IMG/VR virus record: IMGVR_UViG_3300032087_003848
Strand: one strand, 5' to 3'
DNA: 64,000 nucleotides
DNA from: an uncultured virus (IMG/VR IMGVR_UViG_3300032087_003848)
Taxonomy: Duplodnaviria > Heunggongvirae > Uroviricota > Caudoviricetes
Every line of letters starts with the position of its first letter. The stretch's first letter is position 1. Under the pieces are notes generated by a model. That model was not told where the DNA came from. It saw only the letters and a list, made by a program, of their open reading frames with translations, and searched no databases. Below, in pieces: positions 38,199 through 48,036 of the stretch. The position numbers were made by a program, and so were the translations under genes.

Positions 38199-40058
38199 AT
38201 GAACCAAAATAAGAAAATATTATCGGATATTACAGTGCATATGAAATACGCTAAATATATTCCCGAAAAGATGAGAAGAGAAACTTGGGAAGAAATCTGT
38301 GAAAGAAATATGCAGATGCACATCAAAACGTATCCACAACTAGAACAAGAAATTAAAGAAGTTTACACTCACTTTGTAATACCAAAGAAAGTATTACCAT
38401 CAATGCGTTCAATGCAATTCGCAGGTAAGCCTATTGGATTAAGTCCTAATAGAGTTTACAATTGTGCATATTTACCAATAGATTCACATCTAGCATTTAG
38501 TGAATCTATGTTTTTATTATTAGGAGGAACAGGAGTTGGTTATTCTGTTCAAAGACATCACATTGAAAACTTAAGTGCGATTCATCATCCTAATCCTAAC
38601 CGACAAAGAAGATATTTAATTGCTGATTCTATTGAAGGATGGGCAGATTCAATTAAGGTTCTAATGGAATGCTATACAGGTGTTAGAACATCAACTCCTG
38701 TATTTGACTATTCAGATATTAGAGAGAAGGGTGCGACATTAATTACAAGTGGTGGCAAAGCACCGGGGCCACAACCACTAAGAGAATGTTTAGTGAAAAT
38801 AGAAGGTATCTTACAGACTATTGATAATAATAGCAAATTAACTTCTATTCAAGCACATGATATAATGTGTCATATTGCTGATGCAGTGTTAAGTGGTGGA
38901 ATTAGAAGGGCTGCTATGATTAGTTTATTCTCAGCAGATGACCATGAAATGATTGCTTGTAAATCGGGTAATTGGTGGGAATCAAATCCGCAAAGAGGTC
39001 GTGCAAATAACTCAGCAGTATTACTTCGACATAGAATAACTAAGGAGTTTTTCATGGGATTGTGGGAAAGAATACAGGCTTCCGGTAGTGGTGAACCCGG
39101 TATTTACTTTAACAATGACAAAGATTGGGGAACTAACCCATGTTGTGAAATAGCACTAAGACCATTCCAATTCTGTAATCTTACAGAAGTAAATGCTTCT
39201 GATGTAAAGGACCAAGCCGATTTAGAACAAAGAGTAAGTGCTGCTTCTTTCTTAGGAACATTACAAGCGGGCTATACTGATTTCCATTATCTTAGAGAAA
39301 TATGGAAAAAGAACACAGAAAAAGATGCTCTATTAGGTGTATCTATGACAGGTATTGCTTCTAATGTTGTTGAACATTTAGATTTAGAAATGGCAGCAAT
39401 TGAGGTTAAGAGAGAAAATAAAAGAGTAGCAGAAATAATTGGAATAAAGCCTGCTGCTAGAACTACCTGTGTAAAACCTGCCGGAACCACTTCTCTTGTA
39501 TTAGGGACGAGTAGTGGCATTCATGCATGGCATCATCCTTACTATATCAGAAGATTAAGAGTAGGAAAGAATGAAGCAATTTACAATTATCTTCTAGAGA
39601 ATCATCCCGAATTAGTTGAAGATGAATTCTTTAATCCTACTGCTCAAGCAGTGATTTCGGTTCCACAAAAAGCACCGGAAAACGCCATTGTGAGAAGTGA
39701 ATCAGTATTTGATTTATTAGAACGGGTAAAAAACTTCAGTATTCGTTGGGTAAGAACAGGTCACACTGATGGGCTAAATACGCATAATGTTTCAGCAACC
39801 ATTTCTGTAAAAGAAAATGAATGGAATGAAGTTGGAGAGTGGTTATGGAGAAATAGACACTATTACAATGGTCTATCTGTTTTACCTTATGATGGTGGAA
39901 CATATACTCAAGCACCGTTTGAAAGTAGCGATAAAGATACATATCGTTATTTGAGTGAATCGCTAACTAATGTTGATTTAACTCAGATTATTGAATCTCA
40001 AGATAATACTGACCTAAAGGGCGAATTAGCCTGTGCAGGTGGACAGTGCGAAATTTAA
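38199..40058 (+). CDS. nrdJ: Class II (B12-dependent) ribonucleotide reductase
   Basis: YNCAY, GTNPCCEI, FCNLTE, VKPAGTTS, C-terminal CAGGQC; no beta subunit nearby. Confidence 0.93.
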   Translation: MNQNKKILSDITVHMKYAKYIPEKMRRETWEEICERNMQMHIKTYPQLEQEIKEVYTHFVIPKKVLPSMRSMQFAGKPIGLSPNRVYNCAYLPIDSHLAFSESMFLLLGGTGVGYSVQRHHIENLSAIHHPNPNRQRRYLIADSIEGWADSIKVLMECYTGVRTSTPVFDYSDIREKGATLITSGGKAPGPQPLRECLVKIEGILQTIDNNSKLTSIQAHDIMCHIADAVLSGGIRRAAMISLFSADDHEMIACKSGNWWESNPQRGRANNSAVLLRHRITKEFFMGLWERIQASGSGEPGIYFNNDKDWGTNPCCEIALRPFQFCNLTEVNASDVKDQADLEQRVSAASFLGTLQAGYTDFHYLREIWKKNTEKDALLGVSMTGIASNVVEHLDLEMAAIEVKRENKRVAEIIGIKPAARTTCVKPAGTTSLVLGTSSGIHAWHHPYYIRRLRVGKNEAIYNYLLENHPELVEDEFFNPTAQAVISVPQKAPENAIVRSESVFDLLERVKNFSIRWVRTGHTDGLNTHNVSATISVKENEWNEVGEWLWRNRHYYNGLSVLPYDGGTYTQAPFESSDKDTYRYLSESLTNVDLTQIIESQDNTDLKGELACAGGQCEI

Positions 40059-40067
40059 GGTGATTTA

Positions 40068-40430
40068 ATGACCGAGATTGCGCCATTGCGAGCGAAACAT
40101 AACTCTAGAATATACAAAGATTATGAAGATTGTTTAATGAATGCAATTTGTATTTCTAGGCTACTTACTCTTGAGAATCAAATCAAACTGAGACATGCTA
40201 TTTCAGTGTGTGATTCTTTAGACGAAGAAGCAGAGAAAAAATTTAGGTTAGTTACGACTCTGTTGAATACACTTTGGGATATTCCCGAAGCAGTAAACAA
40301 AGGCTTCCATAAATATTTGGCGGAACAACAAGAATACAACCGATTAATGCTAGGCTATCACAAAAAGAATTGTGAAAGTTATTGTGATATCTGTTCTTTC
40401 CTCAAAGAAAGAGTGGATTTTTTATGTTAG
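40068..40430 (+). CDS. hypothetical protein
   Basis: AGGTGA RBS. Confidence 0.65.
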   Translation: MTEIAPLRAKHNSRIYKDYEDCLMNAICISRLLTLENQIKLRHAISVCDSLDEEAEKKFRLVTTLLNTLWDIPEAVNKGFHKYLAEQQEYNRLMLGYHKKNCESYCDICSFLKERVDFLC

Positions 40431-40438
40431 GTGATTAA

Positions 40439-40600
40439 ATGAAAGAAAAGAATCCTGAATATGTTAAGAATAAAAGAAAAAATAAGAATACTGCGACCCG
40501 TTGTAGGGTCTGTGGAGGGCAATTGTTAATTGTCGAAGAAATAAATAAAGAAATACACGAAAGATGTGATATTGATAATACTAATATGTATATGATGTGA
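40439..40600 (+). CDS. Zn-finger microprotein
   Basis: CRVCGG..HERC; AGGTGA RBS. Confidence 0.55.
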   Translation: MKEKNPEYVKNKRKNKNTATRCRVCGGQLLIVEEINKEIHERCDIDNTNMYMM

Positions 40601-40604
40601 TAAT

Positions 40605-41834
40605 ATGGAAATGACATTACAAATAAGAAAACCAAATGATTCTAATGAAAGTTGGAAGACTAAAATAAAAATTGAAGGAGTAAACGCTACTTATTTAGGA
40701 ATATCTAATCATATTACCTATGTAAGAACTGCTAAAGACCCTGTTCATCAAGGAATAGTTAATTGGTGGAAAACTCTGTTCAGTAGCAGAGGACAAAGAT
40801 ATTACGGCAGACTTCCTAAAGAATATGAAATGGTAATTACTATTCAGACATTACCTATTGTTATCTCTAAGAATAAAACTAGGTATTCTATCAATGGTCA
40901 AACTGAGTCGGCTAACACTATCCATAATGTATTAGCAAGAGTGCTTTACAAAAGTATCTTTACTCAAGATGCAGCACAGTTAATGAAATCCATGATGGAT
41001 TATCTAGCGACTCCTGAAGAAGTGAAATATTGTCTAGAAAATAGATTACCATATCATTTCTTTGATGATTTCGTTAAGAAAGATTGCAGACTAAATATTA
41101 TGCAAATAGGCAAAGATGAGTGCGCTATTGAATTAAGTGATGGTCTTTGGGGCACACTAAGAAATAAAGAACTACTTCATCTGTATTCTTTCTATGCTCT
41201 AAATAAGAAAAGAAACACAAAATGGTCTTTCGTTTCACCTCAGAAGTTATTTGAATACACTGTTGGGAGGACTCCCTCAGAAGCAGAAAGTGTTCTAATG
41301 GTTGAGTTTTTACAACAGAACAGAACAAGAGATATTGTTGAAAAGAGGGCACTACAATTAGTAAATGATTTGTTAGCACAACATGGTGAAAGACTGAGAG
41401 CAGTTTGGAAAGATAATCAATTACAGACACTATTTGTTAAAGGTAAGGATTATGATTGGAAATTAGTTTCTGACCCATACAAGAGCAACATACAAATGGT
41501 TTCCACTTATGTTTGGCAACCCAAATATTCCACTAGAGATTTCCATGAACTTCTTGGAAAACATTTGAAAAAACTAGAAGAAACTGAAGATTGGAATGCT
41601 AAAAATCCTAAGAAAGCAAAACCTCTTCCCGAAAGACCTACCAATGAATATGCTTGGAAAGGACCAATATGTATAGATAATATGGCTCCCGATTCTCCAA
41701 TAGGCGACCAATTTGGGGCTAGAGCATTAGCGTTACTGAACGACACAATGACAATAAAAATAGTAAGCACAATCAAGAGATACTTGGTTACGAATAAAAA
41801 TATAAATAGGATTGATTTGAATGAAATGCGATGA
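40605..41834 (+). CDS. Hypothetical protein with candidate C-terminal E2/UBC-like motif
   Basis: GPICIDNMAPDSPIGDQFGARALALLND resembles the UBC GxICLD..SP..LLxD segment. Confidence 0.4.
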   Translation: MEMTLQIRKPNDSNESWKTKIKIEGVNATYLGISNHITYVRTAKDPVHQGIVNWWKTLFSSRGQRYYGRLPKEYEMVITIQTLPIVISKNKTRYSINGQTESANTIHNVLARVLYKSIFTQDAAQLMKSMMDYLATPEEVKYCLENRLPYHFFDDFVKKDCRLNIMQIGKDECAIELSDGLWGTLRNKELLHLYSFYALNKKRNTKWSFVSPQKLFEYTVGRTPSEAESVLMVEFLQQNRTRDIVEKRALQLVNDLLAQHGERLRAVWKDNQLQTLFVKGKDYDWKLVSDPYKSNIQMVSTYVWQPKYSTRDFHELLGKHLKKLEETEDWNAKNPKKAKPLPERPTNEYAWKGPICIDNMAPDSPIGDQFGARALALLNDTMTIKIVSTIKRYLVTNKNINRIDLNEMR

Positions 41835-42675
41835 ATGTAATAGCACAGATAATTATTTTGATGAGCGAATGGGAGAACGTATTTGTTCTGATTGTGGTCT
41901 AGTTTTAGTTACCGAGTCATTTGAAGAAACAACTCACATACTGAATTCAGCAGGTGAAGTTGTTCATTCAAGCGATAATAACAGACTAGGTTCTGTTGTT
42001 ACCGGTAAAGGTTCTTACAAATTCAACAAGTTTGGAAAGAATAGTGTTATGCCAAAAAATATCCAAAATGGACTGATGCATTGTAACATGACTCTTAGTG
42101 CAGTAGCACCTCAGATTGATGTAAAGGATAGAATAGAACGTGTCTATATTGAATTACAAAGAGCAAACATCATGACATCATATCCTTATGAAGTTAGAGC
42201 AGCAGCAATAGTCCATTATGTCCTAAGAGAGAATGGCACACCCCATACTTATAACGAGGTAATAAAGGAATACGATTGTAACAGAAAAAAGGTTTCTAGA
42301 TTATCTAGAAAAATAAATCAATTTTATGGCAATAGAGTCATAAGACAAGAAAATCCTTCATTTAGTTTGCTCAAAACATTAAATCTAATTACTAATGATT
42401 TATTGTTTCATAATCAGGCTAGAAAGGTATTAGCAGTATTGGAACCAATAGTTGCTAAATCAGATTATAATAAAGGCAGAGCATATTATTCAGCAATATG
42501 TTGGATAGCAAGTAATGTGTTTGTTAGAAATGATATTACTTCTGTATTAATCTCAGAAGTAACAGAATTTACTCGATGGAACATCCACAAAGAAACTAAA
42601 TTATTAGTTGGTTTGTTAGGATTCGATTCAGTTAAAGAATTAAAAGGAAAAGACATAAACAAAATAGGTGAATAA
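41821..42675 (+). CDS. tfb: Transcription initiation factor IIB (TFB) homolog
   Basis: Zn ribbon CDEC..GERICSDCGLV plus two cyclin-like repeats. Confidence 0.9.
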   Translation: MKCDECNSTDNYFDERMGERICSDCGLVLVTESFEETTHILNSAGEVVHSSDNNRLGSVVTGKGSYKFNKFGKNSVMPKNIQNGLMHCNMTLSAVAPQIDVKDRIERVYIELQRANIMTSYPYEVRAAAIVHYVLRENGTPHTYNEVIKEYDCNRKKVSRLSRKINQFYGNRVIRQENPSFSLLKTLNLITNDLLFHNQARKVLAVLEPIVAKSDYNKGRAYYSAICWIASNVFVRNDITSVLISEVTEFTRWNIHKETKLLVGLLGFDSVKELKGKDINKIGE

Positions 42676-42916
42676 AATGAATTTAGATGGAATGGAAACA
42701 AGAAGAGGACAGTGTGCATATTGTAACAATGATATGGCAACTAGATGTGATAAAACGAATTTGCCGATATGCAGAAAACATGCATGTGTAATACCGGTAT
42801 CAGAAAAAGTTAGTCCTTCTTTAATACAAGTTGTAGCAAAGAAACATGTCCCAAAAAAGCACAAAGATAAGTTAGAAGAATTGGCAAAAAAGCGTGGTGT
42901 TGAGTTTGTCTTTTGA
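42668..42916 (+). CDS. Cys/His zinc-finger protein (B-box/AN1-like spacing)
   Basis: CAYC..ATRCDKTNLPICRKH. Confidence 0.6.
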   Translation: MNKMNLDGMETRRGQCAYCNNDMATRCDKTNLPICRKHACVIPVSEKVSPSLIQVVAKKHVPKKHKDKLEELAKKRGVEFVF

Positions 42917-43235
42917 AAAAGAATGGATTAAACTCTCAAATCGCATTTACAGAACATCTCTTAAAAATGGTTTTTGGAAAGAAGATGGAAGAAATGATGG
43001 TGAAGCAATTGCTCTAATTCATTCAGAAATTAGCGAAGCATTAGAAGCCATGAGAGATGGTAATCCTGTTTCTAACAAGATAATGGATTACAATAAAGTC
43101 GAAGAAGAATTAGCGGATGCAGTAATCCGCATAATGGATTATGCCTTTGGTAAGGATTTAGATGTAGCAGGCGCAATATTAGCGAAGATAGAATATAACA
43201 AGAACCGTGAATTTTTACACGGAAAGAAATTTTGA
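42906..43235 (+). CDS. MazG-like nucleotide pyrophosphohydrolase
   Basis: LIHSEISEALEA..EEELADAVIRIMD..KIEYN. Confidence 0.9.
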   Translation: MSFEKEWIKLSNRIYRTSLKNGFWKEDGRNDGEAIALIHSEISEALEAMRDGNPVSNKIMDYNKVEEELADAVIRIMDYAFGKDLDVAGAILAKIEYNKNREFLHGKKF

Positions 43236-43246
43236 GGTGAATTATA

Positions 43247-43807
43247 ATGAGAAAAATATTGATAATAGGAGTAGGCGGAATTGGGTCATTTTTGGTTCAG
43301 TTTTTAGATAAAGTAAAACTGTATGATATAACGGTAGCAGACCCCGATAAAGTGGAGGAGAAGAATATACCCTATCAAAACTTTGGCAATAGTCATATTG
43401 GGCATAACAAAGCATCAGTTATGAACAATACTTACTATAAGTCTGTTAATAAGGCAATCCAATTTCCTATTCTGAGTGAACAACAAATGAAAGGATATGA
43501 TTTGGTTATCTGCTGTGTTGATAATTTAGGTGTCAGAAAGACCTTGTATAACACAAGTCTTAAATGGCTCGATTTACGGGCACAAGGCAGAAATGCGGCA
43601 CTTGTGTCACATAAGGCGGAAGCAAACATGTATGATACATTATTAGCAGGACCGGATGGTTCTTTCAGTTGTCAAGGAGATTCTTGGGATGGAACAAATA
43701 AAGGTGTTCAATTTATGCAAATAGCGATTGCAGGAGTTGGCGCACAATGGGTTCAAAGATATTTCAACGGTGAAGAAGTTAAAGATTTCATGGTGATGAA
43801 CGTATGA
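43247..43807 (+). CDS. ThiF/MoeB/E1-family activating enzyme
   Basis: GVGGIG, DPDKVEEKN, NKA, CCVDN..R, candidate catalytic Cys in FSCQ. Confidence 0.92.
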   Translation: MRKILIIGVGGIGSFLVQFLDKVKLYDITVADPDKVEEKNIPYQNFGNSHIGHNKASVMNNTYYKSVNKAIQFPILSEQQMKGYDLVICCVDNLGVRKTLYNTSLKWLDLRAQGRNAALVSHKAEANMYDTLLAGPDGSFSCQGDSWDGTNKGVQFMQIAIAGVGAQWVQRYFNGEEVKDFMVMNV

Positions 43808-44022
43808 GTATGAAATATAGTTTAGATGATGTTGGGACTATTGTTGAGTATGAAGACGAAAATGGTTGCGTTTGGAATGAAAAAATAGTAGCGGTTTGGT
43901 GTCAAGTATGTTCAGCAGAATATATTGGACCGATTAATGAAGCAGGTGGATTTTTAGCCCGTCATGGTTTTTTCCATGATTGGGAGTTTAAACAAGAAGT
44001 AAATGAAGAGATGGTGGCTTAA
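43804..44022 (+). CDS. C2H2-like zinc-finger protein
   Basis: CQVC..HGFFH. Confidence 0.6.
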   Translation: MSMKYSLDDVGTIVEYEDENGCVWNEKIVAVWCQVCSAEYIGPINEAGGFLARHGFFHDWEFKQEVNEEMVA

Positions 44023-44577
44023 ATGGTTAAAACATGCAGATGGAGTAAAACAGAAGAAAATAGACTAATGGAACTTGTAAGAGATGAAGTATCTTGGTTA
44101 GATATTTCAGAAGAATTACAGAGAAGTATTCCTGCATCTAAAAAAAGATTCAAGATGCTTGATGCGGCTAGATTAGAAAAATTAGAGAAAGAACGTGATG
44201 AATTTCATGAAACTAATCAATGGGCAGGCGACCATAAGGGATTTATTCCAATAGAGAATAATAGTTGGAATGCTGAGAAAGACTTTGATTTATTGGTTAA
44301 TTTCTATGAATTGAGTATAGATGAAGCAAAAGAAAGATTTGGTTTATCCTACGGAGAAATAGCAGGTCGCCTAGAATACCTTATCGAAAGCACAGAACCT
44401 GCCCATATTTCGATGCTTATGGAAGCGTCTAAGGCCATCCGGTCTAAGAAGATACACAAGAGCGTTTTAGCGAATAACTCGCAAAAGGTTCAGCGTAAAC
44501 TAAAGAAAATAGATAAATTATCTAAAAAGATAGACAAGTTACATCTATCTATCCTTGAAGAATTAGGAGATGAATAA
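44023..44577 (+). CDS. Myb/SANT-like HTH repeat protein
   Basis: RWSKTEENRL.. and SWNAEKDFDL.. repeats. Confidence 0.6.
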   Translation: MVKTCRWSKTEENRLMELVRDEVSWLDISEELQRSIPASKKRFKMLDAARLEKLEKERDEFHETNQWAGDHKGFIPIENNSWNAEKDFDLLVNFYELSIDEAKERFGLSYGEIAGRLEYLIESTEPAHISMLMEASKAIRSKKIHKSVLANNSQKVQRKLKKIDKLSKKIDKLHLSILEELGDE

Positions 44578-45169
44578 AATGGGAAGATTGAAAGATAAGT
44601 ATTTTGATGAAATTAACAACGAAGATGATAGCGGCTATGAGGAATTCAAAGCCCTTGAAGAAGCAAGAGAAAGAGCAGAGCAGCATATTCTGAATGTTTG
44701 GGTTCAAGAGGCTAATTTAACTCTTGAATCTATTGGTGTTGAATGGAAAGATAGACATGAGGTTGATGAATTAGCATATAAGAACTTTAAATTTCATGAT
44801 GCAATTTGGCATGCTTCAACAGAAATTCTTCCTAATCTAGAAGTGCAAGTAGTAATTGATAGTCAAAACAATTGTTATGTTACTACGGGTTCTCCCGGCT
44901 ATGTTGAGTTTGGTATGCAACCACCAATAGGAATGAAATTACCTATTAGGTGTTGGATTCATACACATCCATTTGGTTCCGCCTATTTTAGTGGAACAGA
45001 TATCAGAACAGTTTCTATTTGGCAGTCACAAATGACTGAGGCATATGTATTAGGCGGTGAAGGTCACTTTGGTTATTGGCATCAAGATAAGCCTAAGCAA
45101 CTGAAAATTTATAGAGAATTTAACTTAGAAAGAATACAAAATTGGAATAAAGGAGAGGAAGAAGAATGA
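44570..45169 (+). CDS. JAB/MPN+ (JAMM) metallopeptidase
   Basis: EVQ...WIHTHPFGSAYFSGTD matches E..HxH..SxxD. Confidence 0.9.
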   Translation: MNKMGRLKDKYFDEINNEDDSGYEEFKALEEARERAEQHILNVWVQEANLTLESIGVEWKDRHEVDELAYKNFKFHDAIWHASTEILPNLEVQVVIDSQNNCYVTTGSPGYVEFGMQPPIGMKLPIRCWIHTHPFGSAYFSGTDIRTVSIWQSQMTEAYVLGGEGHFGYWHQDKPKQLKIYREFNLERIQNWNKGEEEE

Positions 45170-45360
45170 GAATTAAAAGTGGTCTTAGGTCAGTTAGAAA
45201 GTATCAAGATAGACCTGCACACATGTTTACTAAGATAATATCAAGCGGTAGGGATTGGGAATCAAAGTTAGTCCCCGTTGAAAGACTACCACTTAGGGTT
45301 AGAAAAGCAAATCATATCAAAAGACATCCTAATGATAAAAGTCCGGGGTTGATTCTATGA
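45166..45360 (+). CDS. Small basic hypothetical protein
   Basis: ATGA overlaps on both sides. Confidence 0.55.
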   Translation: MRIKSGLRSVRKYQDRPAHMFTKIISSGRDWESKLVPVERLPLRVRKANHIKRHPNDKSPGLIL

Positions 45361-45623
45361 TTCAATGGTTGCTTAGAAAAACAATTAACGGAATGGGTCG
45401 AGTTTATGTTATTCTAGATTCATTTCTAAAGAATGAAGGTGGCCCTATTTTAGGGATAGAAATAGATGATGACTTTGAAAATATGAGTCGCAAACAACTT
45501 TGTCGTTATATTGAACATAAGTTTGGTTGGGAAGACAATGAGTTTTGGACTTTACATTCAACAGATAAAATTAGAGTCTGTTGCCAAATAGCAAGACAAA
45601 ATAAATTTGAGGTGAAAAAATGA
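45357..45623 (+). CDS. hypothetical protein
   Basis: Operon packing. Confidence 0.6.
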   Translation: MIQWLLRKTINGMGRVYVILDSFLKNEGGPILGIEIDDDFENMSRKQLCRYIEHKFGWEDNEFWTLHSTDKIRVCCQIARQNKFEVKK

Positions 45624-45850
45624 TAGCAGTAGGAGATTATGTAATTATAGAAACAGAAGAGAATACCACAGAAAGCGGAATTAAGATTAAACACGACAAC
45701 ATAGGATTAGTTGTCTCTAATAGAAAGGAACCGGATATGAACGGTTGTAAAGTAATTTATGATGATAGCCATATTTACAAGAGACATGGAAAGTATTTAT
45801 TTGTTCCTTTTCAGAACATATTCGCAATAGTTGAGGGTGATGAAGAATGA
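45620..45850 (+). CDS. groES: GroES-like co-chaperonin
   Basis: GDYVII..TTESGI mobile loop; directly upstream of GroEL. Confidence 0.8.
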   Translation: MIAVGDYVIIETEENTTESGIKIKHDNIGLVVSNRKEPDMNGCKVIYDDSHIYKRHGKYLFVPFQNIFAIVEGDEE

Positions 45851-47367
45851 TTATTCAAGGCGAAGAAGTAAAACAAAAACTACTACAAGGAATTGATTTG
45901 GTTGCTAATACTGTTAAACCAACATTAGGACCGCAGGCTAAGACTGTAATCCTACAAGGAAATCCTCCGGTAGTGATTAATGATGGTGTAACTATTACTA
46001 AGTATATTTCAAGTGATGACCCGTATGTTCAGATGGGTGTTCAATTGGTTCAGAATTTAGCAAGTAAAGCACAAGAAGGAAGCGGTGATGGAACAACAAC
46101 TGCTTGTATTCTAGCACAGGCATTATGTCACAGAATAATGGACTCAGCAGGCGAAATCACTGTTCATAAATTTAACAGGCTAATGGAACTAATTAGAGAG
46201 GAAATGTGTAATATTCTAGATAATTTAAGTCAAGAAGTAAATGATGATGAAATACTAGATATCGCTACTATCGCTTCTAATAATGATAAAGAAATGGGTA
46301 AACTGATTTCTAATGCTTTGGCTAAAGTAGGGAGAGATGGTGTTGTTACTGTCGAGGAATCTAAATCACATCTTACAGAATTAGTAATTAGAGAAGGAAT
46401 GGAAATTCATGAGGGATATATTAGTCACATTATGGCTAATTCTGAAAATGGAAAGGTTGAGTTTTCTAATCCTCTAGTATTCTTATCTAACTGTTCCTTC
46501 AAAAACTTTAGTGACGTTTTACCAATGTTAGAGTTTGCAGCACAAGAAAAGCGACCTCTTCTCATTATGTGTAAAGGTATGAAAGGTTCAGCACTAAACA
46601 ATCTGTTGATGAATGTAGTCAATAAAACAATTGAATGTGCAGTAATTCTAGCACCTAACTTTGGTGATGCTCAAGTTGATGAATTAGGAGATGTTCAGTC
46701 TTTAATTGGCGGAAGAATCTTCAATGAAGATATGAAAGCAGACCCAACTGATTTTAATGGAATAGATGATTTTGGAACCTGTCAAAGTGTTACTATCACT
46801 AAAGAAAAGACTACCTTTGTAGGGGCAGAAGGAGATGTTTCTAGCCGTGTTTTAGCATTAAAAGAAACTCTTGAAAATGTTACAGGACATGATGCTGCTA
46901 GACTAAAAAGAAGAATATCTCGATTAAATGGTGGAGTTGCCACAATTAGAATTGGGGCTGCTTCCTCTATTGAAATGAGAGAAAAGAAAGAAAGGTTAGA
47001 TGATGCTCTTAATGCTACTAAAGCAGCCTTAGAAGAAGGAATTGTAGTAGGTGGAGGACTAAGTTTGGCTAGAGCAGCAAACATTCTAAAGAGTAGTTTT
47101 ATCTTTAACACAGATTTGAGTTGGTTTGTTGATGCATTACATGAACCAATTAGAACACTAATCAGTAATAGTAATGCAACTGTTTCTTTGGATAATTTAT
47201 CTCCTAGTGAGAATATAGGTTTCAATGCGTTAATAGGTGACGTTTGTGATTTGACATCATTTGGAGTATATGACCCTGTAAAGGTAACTAAGAATAGTTT
47301 CTTAGCAGCATTATCTATCGCTAACTTATTCTATTCAACAGATGTAGCAGTATTATTGGAGGAATAA
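45847..47367 (+). CDS. groEL: Group I chaperonin GroEL
   Basis: TLGP, NDGVTI, GDGTTT, GRDGVVTVEE, APNFGD, DALNATKAA. Confidence 0.95.
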   Translation: MIIQGEEVKQKLLQGIDLVANTVKPTLGPQAKTVILQGNPPVVINDGVTITKYISSDDPYVQMGVQLVQNLASKAQEGSGDGTTTACILAQALCHRIMDSAGEITVHKFNRLMELIREEMCNILDNLSQEVNDDEILDIATIASNNDKEMGKLISNALAKVGRDGVVTVEESKSHLTELVIREGMEIHEGYISHIMANSENGKVEFSNPLVFLSNCSFKNFSDVLPMLEFAAQEKRPLLIMCKGMKGSALNNLLMNVVNKTIECAVILAPNFGDAQVDELGDVQSLIGGRIFNEDMKADPTDFNGIDDFGTCQSVTITKEKTTFVGAEGDVSSRVLALKETLENVTGHDAARLKRRISRLNGGVATIRIGAASSIEMREKKERLDDALNATKAALEEGIVVGGGLSLARAANILKSSFIFNTDLSWFVDALHEPIRTLISNSNATVSLDNLSPSENIGFNALIGDVCDLTSFGVYDPVKVTKNSFLAALSIANLFYSTDVAVLLEE

Positions 47368-47637
47368 ATATGGAATGGACTAAATGTAAATACAAAGGAT
47401 GTAAGAAAGAGATACTTAAAAACAGTGCCATAACAATAGGAGAACAACCGACTTGGGTCAAAAAGATGATTGAAGGTGAATATTGCATGGAACACGGTGC
47501 GCTTTTATTTAAGGAGGAAGACTAATGTTTGATGATAAAACGATTGAAAGAATGACTATTGTCTATGAAGATGGTTCAATGACTATTCTTACTAAAAACA
47601 AAGACGGAACAATGAAAGTCCAAAGGAGAGAGAAGTA

Positions 47638-48036
47638 ATGGTAAAAAAAGCAATTACTGTAACTTTACCTGCGCCTCATAAAGCCAAAATTAAATGTCCT
47701 ATTTGTGTAGGTAACAAGTGCAAAGTCTGTAATATGACAGGTAATTTGGGCATTGATGTAGCACCTCAAATACCCATTCAAAGAGCGCACATTATCAAGT
47801 ATGTTGTTGAAAATATACATGATGTTGCTAGAGAGATTACTAAGAAATATGGATTAGTGCCGGAAGTAAATACTTCTGAGGTTGCTGAGATAAATAATGG
47901 TCAATATGAGATAGTGCAAATATCAAGTTTAGGTGGCGTTTGTTGGGTAGTTAATCGTCTTGATGAATTAGACACTCCTAGATATTTTACTTCAAAACAG
48001 GAGTTAGATAAATTTAGACAGGGGTGGATGAATTGA
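47638..48036 (+). CDS. DnaJ-type Zn-finger containing protein
   Basis: CPICVGNKCKVCNMTG. Confidence 0.65.
   Translation: MVKKAITVTLPAPHKAKIKCPICVGNKCKVCNMTGNLGIDVAPQIPIQRAHIIKYVVENIHDVAREITKKYGLVPEVNTSEVAEINNGQYEIVQISSLGGVCWVVNRLDELDTPRYFTSKQELDKFRQGWMN

Noticed and set aside
43247..43807. ThiF as a thiamine/molybdopterin auxiliary metabolic gene
   Set aside because: No other cofactor biosynthesis genes in the window; the JAB and capped Ubl favour conjugation, although sulfur transfer is not fully excluded.
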